A stretch of 64,000 bases of DNA from Bacteroidales bacterium (GTDB lineage: Bacteria; Bacteroidota; Bacteroidia; Bacteroidales; UBA3824), in contig JAZLKG010000103.1 in assembly GCA_045597465.1 (NCBI GenBank), positions 404 to 64,403 of the forward strand, read 5' to 3'. This document shows, one piece after another, positions 1 to 8,769 of the stretch. The stretch's first letter is position 1, and each line of letters opens with the position of its first letter. A program made the position numbers and the translations under genes. The notes under the pieces were generated by a model, which did not search any database, had not been told where the DNA came from, and saw nothing but the letters and a program-made list of their open reading frames with translations.

Positions 1-1
1 G

Positions 2-94
2 ATGAACAACGATGCTGGAGGCCTCATAGATCCTAGTCAATTTGCAGGAACATTTGACGGAGGCGTAGCTCCTACCGAGGAGGTACCATTCTAA
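2..94 (+). CDS. 3' end of an unidentified CDS entering from the left edge (partial)
   Basis: This is the only frame open from the window edge. It ends ...GGVAPTEEVPF with TAA at 92-94. It is too short to identify. Confidence 0.3.
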   Translation: MNNDAGGLIDPSQFAGTFDGGVAPTEEVPF

Positions 95-125
95 GCTATG
101 CATACATAACTCATACTATACATAA

Positions 126-206
126 ACCGAAGGTGCAACATAGACCTACAAGTAGGTCTATGTTGCACCCTCGGTTACATAACACCTTGTCCCCGATGGG
201 GACAAG
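126..206. repeat. REP-like palindromic elements upstream of the Y1 transposase gene
   Basis: Perfect 18-bp-stem hairpin ggtgcaacatagacctac/gtaggtctatgttgcacc (132-169). Second hairpin cttgtcccc-gat-ggggacaag (186-206). The words accgaaggt (126-134) and gcaccctcggttac (164-177) recur inverted downstream of the gene. Confidence 0.75.
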
Positions 207-226
207 TCACAAAAAACAAAAAGGAA

Positions 227-685
227 ATGGCATATACGAAGCTATATATACATTTAATACTCAGAACATATAGATCGATATGGTCGATAGACGAGGATCA
301 CGAAAAGGAGTTTTACTATTATATATACAGCTATGCCACACAACGGCAATGCAAAATATTTAGAATAAACGGGATGCCTGACCATGTTCATATATTTGCA
401 TCCATGCCACCAACATTTGCAATCTCTGATTTTGTACATGACCTAAAACTTGCTTGCAACAGTTTTATGGAACGAAACAACAATAAATTTCCTGACTGGT
501 GCGGATGGGGAAAATCCTTCTGCGCCATATCATACAGCATCAGAGAAAAAGACCAGATAATAAATTATATCAAAAATCAGAAAACCCATCACGAATCTAT
601 ATCCACTTATACTGAATTAGAAACGCTAATAAAAGAAAACGAAATAGAATATGACCCAGCATTCCTTGATATCAATACCCAATAA
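227..685 (+). CDS. IS200/IS605-type Y1 (HUH) transposase, REP-associated tyrosine transposase (RAYT)-like
   Basis: 152 aa. HUH motif in MPDHVHIF. C-terminal catalytic-Tyr region INYIKNQKTHH. Single gene flanked by inverted palindromic repeats rather than IS ends. Confidence 0.8.
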   Translation: MAYTKLYIHLILRTYRSIWSIDEDHEKEFYYYIYSYATQRQCKIFRINGMPDHVHIFASMPPTFAISDFVHDLKLACNSFMERNNNKFPDWCGWGKSFCAISYSIREKDQIINYIKNQKTHHESISTYTELETLIKENEIEYDPAFLDINTQ

Positions 686-686
686 T

Positions 687-754
687 GTCCCCATAGGGGA
701 CGAGGTGTCAGTAACCGAGGGTGCACTTCCCCATAGGGGATGTGTACCTTCGGT
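687..754. repeat. REP-like palindromic elements downstream of the Y1 transposase gene
   Basis: Hairpins gtccccataggggac (687-701) and tccccatagggga (728-740). gtaaccgagggtgc (711-724) and accttcggt (746-754) are reverse complements of the words at 164-177 and 126-134. Confidence 0.7.
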
Positions 755-815
755 CATACGACTTAGTCGCATCCTCATACTCACCCTCCTCCTCCTCCCC
801 CTCCAAGTATCAGCC

Positions 816-2015
816 ATGCAGATACTGATCCCGATGGACGATACGCAGACCAACCACCTGAAGGCCTACGGCGTGTGCTACGCCATACTGGAGAAGGGCG
901 GAAGCGCCGAGTGGCTGCTCAACTACCGCGGAGGCAGTTTCCTCACCGACTACAGCGACGATGTGGTGGCCATGTGCAGGATAAGGAACGTCAGGTTTGA
1001 GTCGCTGGCTGATGCTGCCGTAAACAACATACTTGGCGAGATATCGCGCAACGATGTTAACATGGAGCAGATAAAGCTGGAAAAAGCACCCAAGATTGCC
1101 GTATACGCCCCAAAAACCTACAAGCCCTGGGACGACGCCGTAATGCTGGTGCTTACATACGCCGAGATAAAATACACCGTGGTATACGACGAGGAAATCC
1201 TGAACGGCGACCTCAAGGACTACGACTGGCTGCACGTTCACCATGAGGATTTTACGGGACAGTTTGGAAAATTCTACGCGCTATACAAGAATGCGCCTTG
1301 GTACAGAAACCAGGTAACGGAGTTCAACGCGCTGGCACAGAAAATGGGCTACAGCAAGGTATCGCACCTGAAGCTGGCCGTAGCCAAAACAATGAAGAAA
1401 TTTGTGGAGGACGGCGGATTCATGTTCGCCATGTGCTCGGCCACCGACAGCTACGACATAGCCCTGGCCGCCGAGGGCGTCGACATCTGTCAGCCCATGT
1501 TTGACGGCGACCCCATCGATCCCGACTGTCAGAGCAAGCTGGATTTCAGCAAGACATTCGCCTTCCAGAACTTCAAGCTGGAGCTCAATCCAAATGTATA
1601 CGAGTATTCTGATATAGACGCCACAAACACCCGCAACGTCCAGAAAAGCAACGATGTGTTCACACTGTTTGATTTCTCGGCCAAATGGGATCCCGTGCCC
1701 ACAATGCTCTGCCAGAACCACGAGGCCGTAATAGACGGCTTCATGGGACAGACCACGGCTTACAGGAAGGAGGTACTGAAGCCCTCGGTACTGATAATGG
1801 GCGACAACAAGGCCGCCAACGAGGCACGCTACATCCACGGCGAATACGGCAAGGGTACCTGGACATGGTATGCAGGACACGACCCCGCCGATTATCAGCA
1901 CTTTGTTGGCGACCCACCCACCGACCTGGAGCTGCACCCCAACTCTCCGGGGTTCCGCCTGATACTCAACAACGTGCTCTTCCCTGCGGCCAAAAAGAAG
2001 AAGATGAAGACATAA
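816..2015 (+). CDS. Conserved Bacteroidota protein of unknown function (homologues often auto-annotated asparagine synthetase B-like)
   Basis: Long ORF with core-like codon usage. I chose the ATG at 816 (MQILIPMDDTQTNHLKAYG...) because the 651-815 extension runs through the REP hairpins. The function call rests on memory of similar N-termini only. Confidence 0.8.
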   Translation: MQILIPMDDTQTNHLKAYGVCYAILEKGGSAEWLLNYRGGSFLTDYSDDVVAMCRIRNVRFESLADAAVNNILGEISRNDVNMEQIKLEKAPKIAVYAPKTYKPWDDAVMLVLTYAEIKYTVVYDEEILNGDLKDYDWLHVHHEDFTGQFGKFYALYKNAPWYRNQVTEFNALAQKMGYSKVSHLKLAVAKTMKKFVEDGGFMFAMCSATDSYDIALAAEGVDICQPMFDGDPIDPDCQSKLDFSKTFAFQNFKLELNPNVYEYSDIDATNTRNVQKSNDVFTLFDFSAKWDPVPTMLCQNHEAVIDGFMGQTTAYRKEVLKPSVLIMGDNKAANEARYIHGEYGKGTWTWYAGHDPADYQHFVGDPPTDLELHPNSPGFRLILNNVLFPAAKKKKMKT

Positions 2016-2017
2016 AT

Positions 2018-2094
2018 AATTACGAAATCCGAATTACGAATTACGAATGGCTATAATGGCAAAATTCATAATCTGTAATTCGGATTTCGTAATT
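2018..2094. terminator. Long hairpin between convergent genes, built from gaattac/gtaattc words (bidirectional terminator candidate)
   Basis: 20-nt arms aattacgaaatccgaattac (2018-2037) and gtaattcggatttcgtaatt (2075-2094). It lies between the stop codons at 2015 (+) and 2100 (-). Confidence 0.6.
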
Positions 2095-2099
2095 CGTAA

Positions 2100-2669
2100 T
2101 TACTTATTCAGATACGCCTCGGCCACCTCGCAAAGCTGTGCATAGAAATCGGCTCCAAAGGCCTCTGTTATGGGGTCCTCAAGGAATTTGTATACCGGCA
2201 CGCCGAGTTTGCTGCCGTTGGCGATGGCGCAGTCGCAGATATCCCAGCGGTGGAACTTAATGGCCTTGAAAGGTCCAACCTTGTCGATACGGATAGGATA
2301 CAGATAGCATGAGATTGGCTTGCGCCAGTTGGTTTTTCCATCCAGGAAGGCCCGCTCGTAGGCGCACATGAGCATGCCGTCCTTGTGGGTAACGAATGCG
2401 CACTCCTTGCTCGGCCCCAGAGTGGTGCATGGGTCGCCGTCGGGATCTATCTCCACCAGGCCATTCTCTTCCACGGCCCTGATATTGTCATCCGACATAT
2501 ACTGCTTGGCGGCCTCGTAGTTGCGCTCCAGCTCGTCATATTCCTTTGGGTCCACAGGAGCCCCCAGATCACCCTCAATGCAGCAGCAGCCCTTGCATGC
2601 CGCGAGGTCGCAGACAAACTTCTCCAGAAATATATCCTCGTCGATGAGTACGTCGTTCAATATAATCAT
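2100..2669 (-). CDS. DUF3109 family protein
   Basis: MIILNDVLIDEDIFLEKFVCDLAACKGCCCIEGD... is a Cys-rich N-terminus typical of DUF3109. The start is set at the internal ATG 2669, 14 codons inside the tracked ORF. Confidence 0.7.
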   Translation of the reverse strand: MIILNDVLIDEDIFLEKFVCDLAACKGCCCIEGDLGAPVDPKEYDELERNYEAAKQYMSDDNIRAVEENGLVEIDPDGDPCTTLGPSKECAFVTHKDGMLMCAYERAFLDGKTNWRKPISCYLYPIRIDKVGPFKAIKFHRWDICDCAIANGSKLGVPVYKFLEDPITEAFGADFYAQLCEVAEAYLNK

Positions 2670-2858
2670 GATAAATGTATTCTTATAGAAATTTATAATA
2701 AAAAAGCACAAAAAAAATAATTTATGAATAATCCATCGGTTGGTTTAATTTGTGATAATGCAGCCCCTATGGGAAACAGCCATTATTACAAACCAAAACA
2801 ATAGTTAGTTGGATTATTCATAAATTATTGATTTGTAGAAAGGTACAAATGCAAAAAT

Positions 2859-3590
2859 TCAGCATTCTTCCTGAAGTGCGCCCAGTCTCTCCAAACACAT
2901 GCGCGATGCAGTCTGCTCGGCCTCCTTTTTCGAAATGCCTACTCCAGTACCCATTTCCTCTCCGTTTACCGAAACAATCGACAGGAAATACTTGCTTCCC
3001 GGGGCGTCAAGAGCTGTATCGAACTCCACCTTGCGCTTGTTTTTCTGGCCCCATTCTATCATCTGGCTTTTGTAGTTGCAGTTGTGATGCTCCAATTCCA
3101 CAATATCCAGATAATTTGGCATAATGCGCTCGTAGATGTATTTTCCAGCTTTCTTGAAACCTCTGTCGAGATATACGGCACCAAGGAAAGCCTCGAAAGC
3201 GTCACCGTATAGATGGACGCCCTTGGCACTGGCTTTTACATTGGTTTTAACAAGTTTGTCGAGACCAATGTGTTTCGTTAGCTCCGAGAGATTCTCGCCA
3301 TTCACAATCCTTGACCTGGTCTGGGTGAGATACCCTTCCTGACGGTCTGGGAATTTCTTGTATAGATATTCTCCAATAAGCAGATCGAGAACAGAGTCGC
3401 CCAAAAACTCGAGCCTCTCGTTGTTGATCAGCTGACCGCCTCTCCTTATCGACTTGCTCCTATGGATAAGAGCAGTCTTGTAGAGTTCAAGGTCGTTTGG
3501 AAAAAAGCCCGTAATTCGTCTTATTGCTAAGACGAATTCTTTATCGGGCCTAAAAATAAATTTAATTAACGACAAAAAGTCGGTAAACAC
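2859..3590 (-). CDS. rnc: Ribonuclease III
   Basis: RNase III signature ERLEFLGDSVLD. C-terminal dsRBD-like region (GTGVGISKKEAEQTAS). Confidence 0.92.
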   Translation of the reverse strand: MFTDFLSLIKFIFRPDKEFVLAIRRITGFFPNDLELYKTALIHRSKSIRRGGQLINNERLEFLGDSVLDLLIGEYLYKKFPDRQEGYLTQTRSRIVNGENLSELTKHIGLDKLVKTNVKASAKGVHLYGDAFEAFLGAVYLDRGFKKAGKYIYERIMPNYLDIVELEHHNCNYKSQMIEWGQKNKRKVEFDTALDAPGSKYFLSIVSVNGEEMGTGVGISKKEAEQTASRMCLERLGALQEEC

Positions 3591-3610
3591 TGTCGATTAG
3601 TATTTAATGC

Positions 3611-4855
3611 TTAGAGCTGCTTGAACACCACCGAAGCGTTGTGACCACCAAAACCGAAGGTGTTGTTGAGGGCAGCCCTGATAGGACGCTCCTTAGCAAC
3701 ATTAGGAGTGATATCGAGTTTTGGATCGATGTCTGGGTCAGGTGTCACGAAGTTGATGGTAGGAGGCACAGTGCTGTTTGTCATCGCAAGCACGCAAGCG
3801 ATAGACTCTATAGCTCCGGCGCCGCCAAGCAGGTGACCAGTCATAGACTTGGTGCTGCTGATAGACAACTCGTAGGCATGTTCACCAAAAATCTGTTTAA
3901 TGGCCAAAGACTCAGCCTTGTCACCCAAACCGGTAGAAGTACCATGAACATTGATGTAATCAATCTCGTTTGGACTCATGCCAGCATCGTCGAGAGCCAT
4001 CTTCATTACCTGGGCAGCGCCACGTCCCTCTGGATGAGGAGCAGTAATGTGATGTGCATCGGCAGAAGCTCCGCCACCAGCCACCTCGCAATAAATCTTG
4101 GCGCCACGGGCCTTGGCATGCTCGTACTCCTCGAGAACGAGACATCCGGCACCCTCGCCAATAACGAAACCGTCACGGTCCTTGTCGAATGGACGCGAAG
4201 CGTGTGTAGGATCGTCGTTGCGGGTAGAGAGAGCCTTCATGGAATTGAAACCGGCAAGAGCCGAAATTCCTATAGGAGACTCGGAACCGCCTGTAACAAC
4301 AACATCGGCCTTGCCAAGACGTATCCAGTTGAATGCGTCGATGATGGCGTGGGTAGATGATGCGCAGGCTGATACTGTGGCGTAGTTGGGGCCGCGGAAG
4401 TCATATTTCATAGAAATATAACCGGCAGCAATGTCGCCAATCATCTTGGGGATAAAGAAAGGACTAAACTTTGGAGTACCATCGCCCTGGGCGAACTGGA
4501 TAACCTCGTCGCTCATAACGTTGATACCGCCAATGCCTGAACCCCATACAACACCGGTACGCTCAGGGTCCATGGCATCAAGGATGCCGGAATCCTGGAT
4601 ACCCTCCTCGGCTGCTATAAGGGCAAACTGAGTAAAGAGGTCCATCTTGGTGACAGACTTTCTGTCGAAGTATTTGGCAGGGTCGTAGTCCTTGACCTCG
4701 CAGGCGAACTTAGTCTTGAATTTTTCGGGATTAAAACGGGTAATTGGACCTGCACCGCTTACCCCAGCTTTCAAGTTATCCCAAAACTCGGCAATATTGT
4801 GGCCTAAGGGAGTTATGGCTCCCATGCCGGTTACAACTACTCGTTTTAATTCCAT
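3611..4855 (-). CDS. fabF: Beta-ketoacyl-ACP synthase II
   Basis: Active-site ACASS, HGTSTGLGD and GHLLGGAG motifs. Adjacent to acpP. Confidence 0.95.
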   Translation of the reverse strand: MELKRVVVTGMGAITPLGHNIAEFWDNLKAGVSGAGPITRFNPEKFKTKFACEVKDYDPAKYFDRKSVTKMDLFTQFALIAAEEGIQDSGILDAMDPERTGVVWGSGIGGINVMSDEVIQFAQGDGTPKFSPFFIPKMIGDIAAGYISMKYDFRGPNYATVSACASSTHAIIDAFNWIRLGKADVVVTGGSESPIGISALAGFNSMKALSTRNDDPTHASRPFDKDRDGFVIGEGAGCLVLEEYEHAKARGAKIYCEVAGGGASADAHHITAPHPEGRGAAQVMKMALDDAGMSPNEIDYINVHGTSTGLGDKAESLAIKQIFGEHAYELSISSTKSMTGHLLGGAGAIESIACVLAMTNSTVPPTINFVTPDPDIDPKLDITPNVAKERPIRAALNNTFGFGGHNASVVFKQL

Positions 4856-4893
4856 AAAATTACTTTAGCCTTTTTAAACGTTTGTAAAACAAA

Positions 4894-5130
4894 TTACTTG
4901 GCAGCACCCTCGATGAAAGCGATAGCCTCGCCTACTGTGGTGATCTTCTCTGCCTGATCGTCTGGAATGGTGATAGAGAACTCCTTCTCGAACTGCATGA
5001 TCAACTCTACTGTGTCGAGTGAATCTGCGCCGAGATCGTTTGTAAAGCTTGCTGTTTCAGTTACTTCTGCCTCATCAACGCCGAGCTTGTCAACGATGAT
5101 AGCCTTTACCTTTGAAGAAATTTCTGACAT
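4894..5130 (-). CDS. acpP: Acyl carrier protein
   Basis: 78 aa with the phosphopantetheine attachment motif [12 protein letters not shown]. Confidence 0.95.
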   Translation of the reverse strand: MSEISSKVKAIIVDKLGVDEAEVTETASFTNDLGADSLDTVELIMQFEKEFSITIPDDQAEKITTVGEAIAFIEGAAK

Positions 5131-5426
5131 AATTTATTGAATTTAAATTTAATTATTAATAATGTGTTCTGATATACTAAGTATATTTCCGACTGCAAAG
5201 TAAAGAAATTTCGACCATAAAAAAAAATTTTTTTTATAATGCGTTGTATAACAAATCTTTATTTTTTCGAATAAGTACTTAATAATTAATTAACTAACAG
5301 AGAGATTTGAAAATTGAATGGTATGAAAAAAAAATTGTTTTTTTTGGTTTTGATATTGATTTTGATGCTAATTTTGCAGCTGTTTTCATACTTTTTCCGC
5401 AGCCAGCCATTTTTGCTGATTTCATT

Positions 5427-7046
5427 ATGCGCGCTTTTCGTTTCTTGATTATGGTGTTTGCCGTCTGGGCAAGGATACATGCCTATGCCCAGGTATCAGC
5501 CCCGGCCAAGGCCCCCATCGATATCCACCATGTGGACCTGTCGATAGAGGTGGATCCCGCACGCCGGTATATCAACGGACGGTGCACCCAGAGATTCGCC
5601 CTGGACAGCGCAGCCAGGGCTTTCCCCATGGAGTTTCAGCTGGCCGATGACTACATTGTGTCGTCCATCTCTTCCAACAATGCATCACTTTATTATTATA
5701 GAACCAACCAGCATCTGAGGATATACCCGCGCGGCGAATGGGCTCCCGACGACTCGGTAACCATACAGTACTACGGAGTGCCGCCAATATCAGGCCTGGG
5801 ATCGGTGGTTTTTGACACCCACGACAATACTCCCGTGTTCTGGACCATGTCGGAGCCATACGGGGCCATGGACTGGTGGCCGTGCAGGCAGCTCCTGGAC
5901 GACAAGATAGACTCTCTGAGAATAAGGGTGACATGCCCGGCCTGGTACAGATCGGCGGCCAACGGAGTAATATATTCCGACACAGTGGCCAATGGGCAGC
6001 GCACAACGGAATGGAGGCACAATTTTCCGATTGCATACTATCTGGTGGGGGTATCAGCAACCAACTACAGGAAATACTCCGACTGGCTGATATCGTCGGG
6101 CGGCGACTCGCTGGAGATGGTGAACTACGTGTATCCCGAGAAATACGACCAGTGGCGCAGGCGCACATACAAGATAGGCCCGGCATACAGGATGATGTGC
6201 GACTCATTTGGCCCCTATCCCTTTGCCGGAGAGAAATACGGACAGGCCCAGTTTGGCTGGAAGGGAGGAATAGAGCATCAGACGATGACTTTCCTGCACG
6301 CGCCCAATCTGGACCTCATGATACATGAGCTGGCGCATCAGTGGTTTGGGAACATGATTACATGCTCCAGCTGGAATGATGTTTTCCTCAACGAGGCATT
6401 TGCCACATACTGCGAGCTGCTGGCCACAGAGAAGGGCGTGGCGCAATCCAGCGATCCCGTGCAATGGAGGCGCGTGTGCATCAACAAGGCCATACGCAAA
6501 TCCGGCGAGAGCCTGTTGAGGAGCAATGTGGAGAGCGTCGACAAGATTTTCGATACCGACGTGGTGTACAGCAAGGGCGCCATGATGCTCCACATGCTCA
6601 GGAAAGAGATTGGCGACCATATTTTCTTCAGCTGCATGAAATCGTACGCGGGCAATCCGCTGCTGAAATACGGCAACGCCACAGCACAAAAATTCATAGA
6701 GACGGTGGAGATAGTATCGGGACGCAAACTGGACTGGTTTTTCGGGCAATGGCTGTACGGGGCCGGCATTCCGCGTTACAGCATAAGGTGGAAACAGCAG
6801 GGCGACGGACACGTGAGCCTGGTGGTAGACGAGGAGACCTCCGGCGGCACTGGCAAGTTCATGAGGGCCAAGATAGCCCTGATGCTGCACGGCACCGACG
6901 GCGAGAAAACCCTCTTTGTGCTCAACCACTCGGTAAACCACCAGCATTTTACAATAAACCCCAAGTTCAGGGTGTCGGATATAGAGTTCGATCCATATTG
7001 CGACCTCCTGAGCCTGGGGGCTGAGGTGGAAATGAAGAAGAAATAG
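5427..7046 (+). CDS. M1 family metallopeptidase (aminopeptidase N-like), secreted
   Basis: HELAHQWFGN zinc motif followed by NEAFATY. Start set at ATG 5427, giving the signal-peptide-like MRAFRFLIMVFAVWARIHAYAQ. Confidence 0.88.
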   Translation: MRAFRFLIMVFAVWARIHAYAQVSAPAKAPIDIHHVDLSIEVDPARRYINGRCTQRFALDSAARAFPMEFQLADDYIVSSISSNNASLYYYRTNQHLRIYPRGEWAPDDSVTIQYYGVPPISGLGSVVFDTHDNTPVFWTMSEPYGAMDWWPCRQLLDDKIDSLRIRVTCPAWYRSAANGVIYSDTVANGQRTTEWRHNFPIAYYLVGVSATNYRKYSDWLISSGGDSLEMVNYVYPEKYDQWRRRTYKIGPAYRMMCDSFGPYPFAGEKYGQAQFGWKGGIEHQTMTFLHAPNLDLMIHELAHQWFGNMITCSSWNDVFLNEAFATYCELLATEKGVAQSSDPVQWRRVCINKAIRKSGESLLRSNVESVDKIFDTDVVYSKGAMMLHMLRKEIGDHIFFSCMKSYAGNPLLKYGNATAQKFIETVEIVSGRKLDWFFGQWLYGAGIPRYSIRWKQQGDGHVSLVVDEETSGGTGKFMRAKIALMLHGTDGEKTLFVLNHSVNHQHFTINPKFRVSDIEFDPYCDLLSLGAEVEMKKK

Positions 7047-7047
7047 A

Positions 7048-7980
7048 TTATTGCATTTTCTTGATGTCTTCGATTATGTTTTGGGCAAGAGATGTGGCGC
7101 CTATGCGGAAAAAATCACGCAGATGATCTGGCTCATAGCCAAAATAATCGGCAACCTCACCACCATATCCATGACGGTCATATCCAGGGTCATCATACAT
7201 TTCGTCGATAGGCACCTGAAGCATTTCTTTTGCTATCTTGGCGTACTGCAAGGCTTCTGCTGTGGTACGGATGCCGCCTGCAACCTTCAAACCAACTACA
7301 ATTGAATTAGCTTCCTTGAAATCGTTAATTGCCAGAGCCATTATCAATGCTGACCTCGGAGTGGCGGCAGGGGAATACTTTCCTGTGGATGTCTTTATGA
7401 AATTGGCGCCGGCATACATTGCCGTAACAGCGGCATCGTATATCTGCTCGTCGGTATCATAGATTCCAGTCTCCAGAATCACTTTTAGTCCGCGGCCGGG
7501 ACAGGCATTGCGCATTGCCTTAAGGTCGTCATAGGCGGCAAAGAGGTTTCCGGATTTTATGTCACCGGCGTTTATAACTACGTCTATCTCGTCGGCACCG
7601 GCCTCCGCAGCCATCTTCACCTCCATCACCTTTACTTCTGTTGGAGTCTGCGCATGGGGGAAGCCTCCGGCCACTGATACGATTCTCCAATCCGGCATAA
7701 GGCCAAAGGGCATATCATAAAGGCACTTTACGAACCTTGGATATACACATACGCCAGCCACCTTAATAGAATCATGCTCATCATCCAATTTAAATTCGGC
7801 TTTTTGTGCCAACTCCTTTATCGATTGTTCTGTATCGTCGCTGCTGAGGCTGGTGAGGTCTATGCAGCGGAAAATATTCTCCAAAATTTGTTTGGTAGGC
7901 TTCAGGGGATTGTTCTGATACTCCTCGAGTTTGCGGTCCACATACTCGGAGCCCCATTTGCTGAATGATAGTTTGGTCAT
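7048..7980 (-). CDS. deoC: Deoxyribose-phosphate aldolase (long form)
   Basis: Class I aldolase motifs, including the Schiff-base lysine context FIKTSTGK and VKVAGGIRT. Confidence 0.88.
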   Translation of the reverse strand: MTKLSFSKWGSEYVDRKLEEYQNNPLKPTKQILENIFRCIDLTSLSSDDTEQSIKELAQKAEFKLDDEHDSIKVAGVCVYPRFVKCLYDMPFGLMPDWRIVSVAGGFPHAQTPTEVKVMEVKMAAEAGADEIDVVINAGDIKSGNLFAAYDDLKAMRNACPGRGLKVILETGIYDTDEQIYDAAVTAMYAGANFIKTSTGKYSPAATPRSALIMALAINDFKEANSIVVGLKVAGGIRTTAEALQYAKIAKEMLQVPIDEMYDDPGYDRHGYGGEVADYFGYEPDHLRDFFRIGATSLAQNIIEDIKKMQ

Positions 7981-7984
7981 GATA

Positions 7985-8314
7985 TTAGTTTTTGAGTTTC
8001 TCGTTGCTGATATGGCGTGTGCTGTCGCGCTCGGTTTTCTTGCGGATGTTGCGCTCCAGAGCCTCCGTGAGGTCTATGCCGCACTGGTTGGCCAGACAGA
8101 TGACCACCCAGAGCACATCGGCAAGCTCGTCGGAGAGGTCCTTGTTCTTGTCGCTCTCCTTGGAACTCTGCTCGCCGTAGGTGCGCGATATTATGCGGGC
8201 CACCTCTCCCACTTCCTCGGTGAGTATGGCCATGTTGGTGAGCTGGCTGAAATAGCGTACTCCGTATTTCTTTATCCAGTCGTCAACGGTTTTCTGAGCC
8301 TCTGATATCGTCAT
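7985..8314 (-). CDS. MazG-like nucleotide pyrophosphohydrolase
   Basis: 109 aa. The EEVGEV...E..DVL pattern (LTEEVGEVARII, ELADVLWVV) is typical of the MazG domain. Confidence 0.8.
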   Translation of the reverse strand: MTISEAQKTVDDWIKKYGVRYFSQLTNMAILTEEVGEVARIISRTYGEQSSKESDKNKDLSDELADVLWVVICLANQCGIDLTEALERNIRKKTERDSTRHISNEKLKN

Positions 8315-8763
8315 ATCCTATTCTTGGAATCTATAATTATCGTTACGGGGCCGTCGTTTAGGAGGCGCACCTTCATGTCGGCGCCAAACTCGCCTGTCTG
8401 AATCTTCTTGCCTAAAGCCTTCTCCAATACATCGATGAAATGCAGGTACATCGGCTTGGCGATATCAGGCTTTGCGGCCATTATGTATGACGGGCGGTTT
8501 CCCTTCTTGGTCATGGCGTGGAGGGTAAACTGGCTTATGAGCAGTATGTCGCCATCCACGTCACCGATGGAGAGGTTCATTACACCCTCGCTGTCGTTGA
8601 AGACCCTGAGGCCCACAATCTTCTGGGCTATCCACTGGAGGTCTTCCTCGGTGTCGTCGGCCACAAAACCGGCCAGTATCATGTATCCGCCCCCTATCTG
8701 GCCCTTTACGGAGCCGTCTATGGTTACTGATGCCTCAGTAACCCGCTGTATTACTACCTTCAT
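8311..8763 (-). CDS. dtd: D-aminoacyl-tRNA deacylase
   Basis: 150 aa with MKVVIQRV... N-terminus, SQFTL and NDGPVT motifs. There is a 4-nt overlap with the downstream gene. Confidence 0.92.
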   Translation of the reverse strand: MKVVIQRVTEASVTIDGSVKGQIGGGYMILAGFVADDTEEDLQWIAQKIVGLRVFNDSEGVMNLSIGDVDGDILLISQFTLHAMTKKGNRPSYIMAAKPDIAKPMYLHFIDVLEKALGKKIQTGEFGADMKVRLLNDGPVTIIIDSKNRI

Positions 8764-8769
8764 GATATG

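Noticed and set aside
651-815. N-terminal 55-codon extension of the ORF 651-2015
   Set aside because: It overlaps the transposase gene end and reads straight through the REP-like hairpins. The ATG at 816 gives a conserved-looking N-terminus.
5307-5426. Upstream start for the M1 peptidase ORF
   Set aside because: The extension is AT-rich and Phe/Ile-rich promoter DNA. The ATG at 5427 yields a normal signal peptide.
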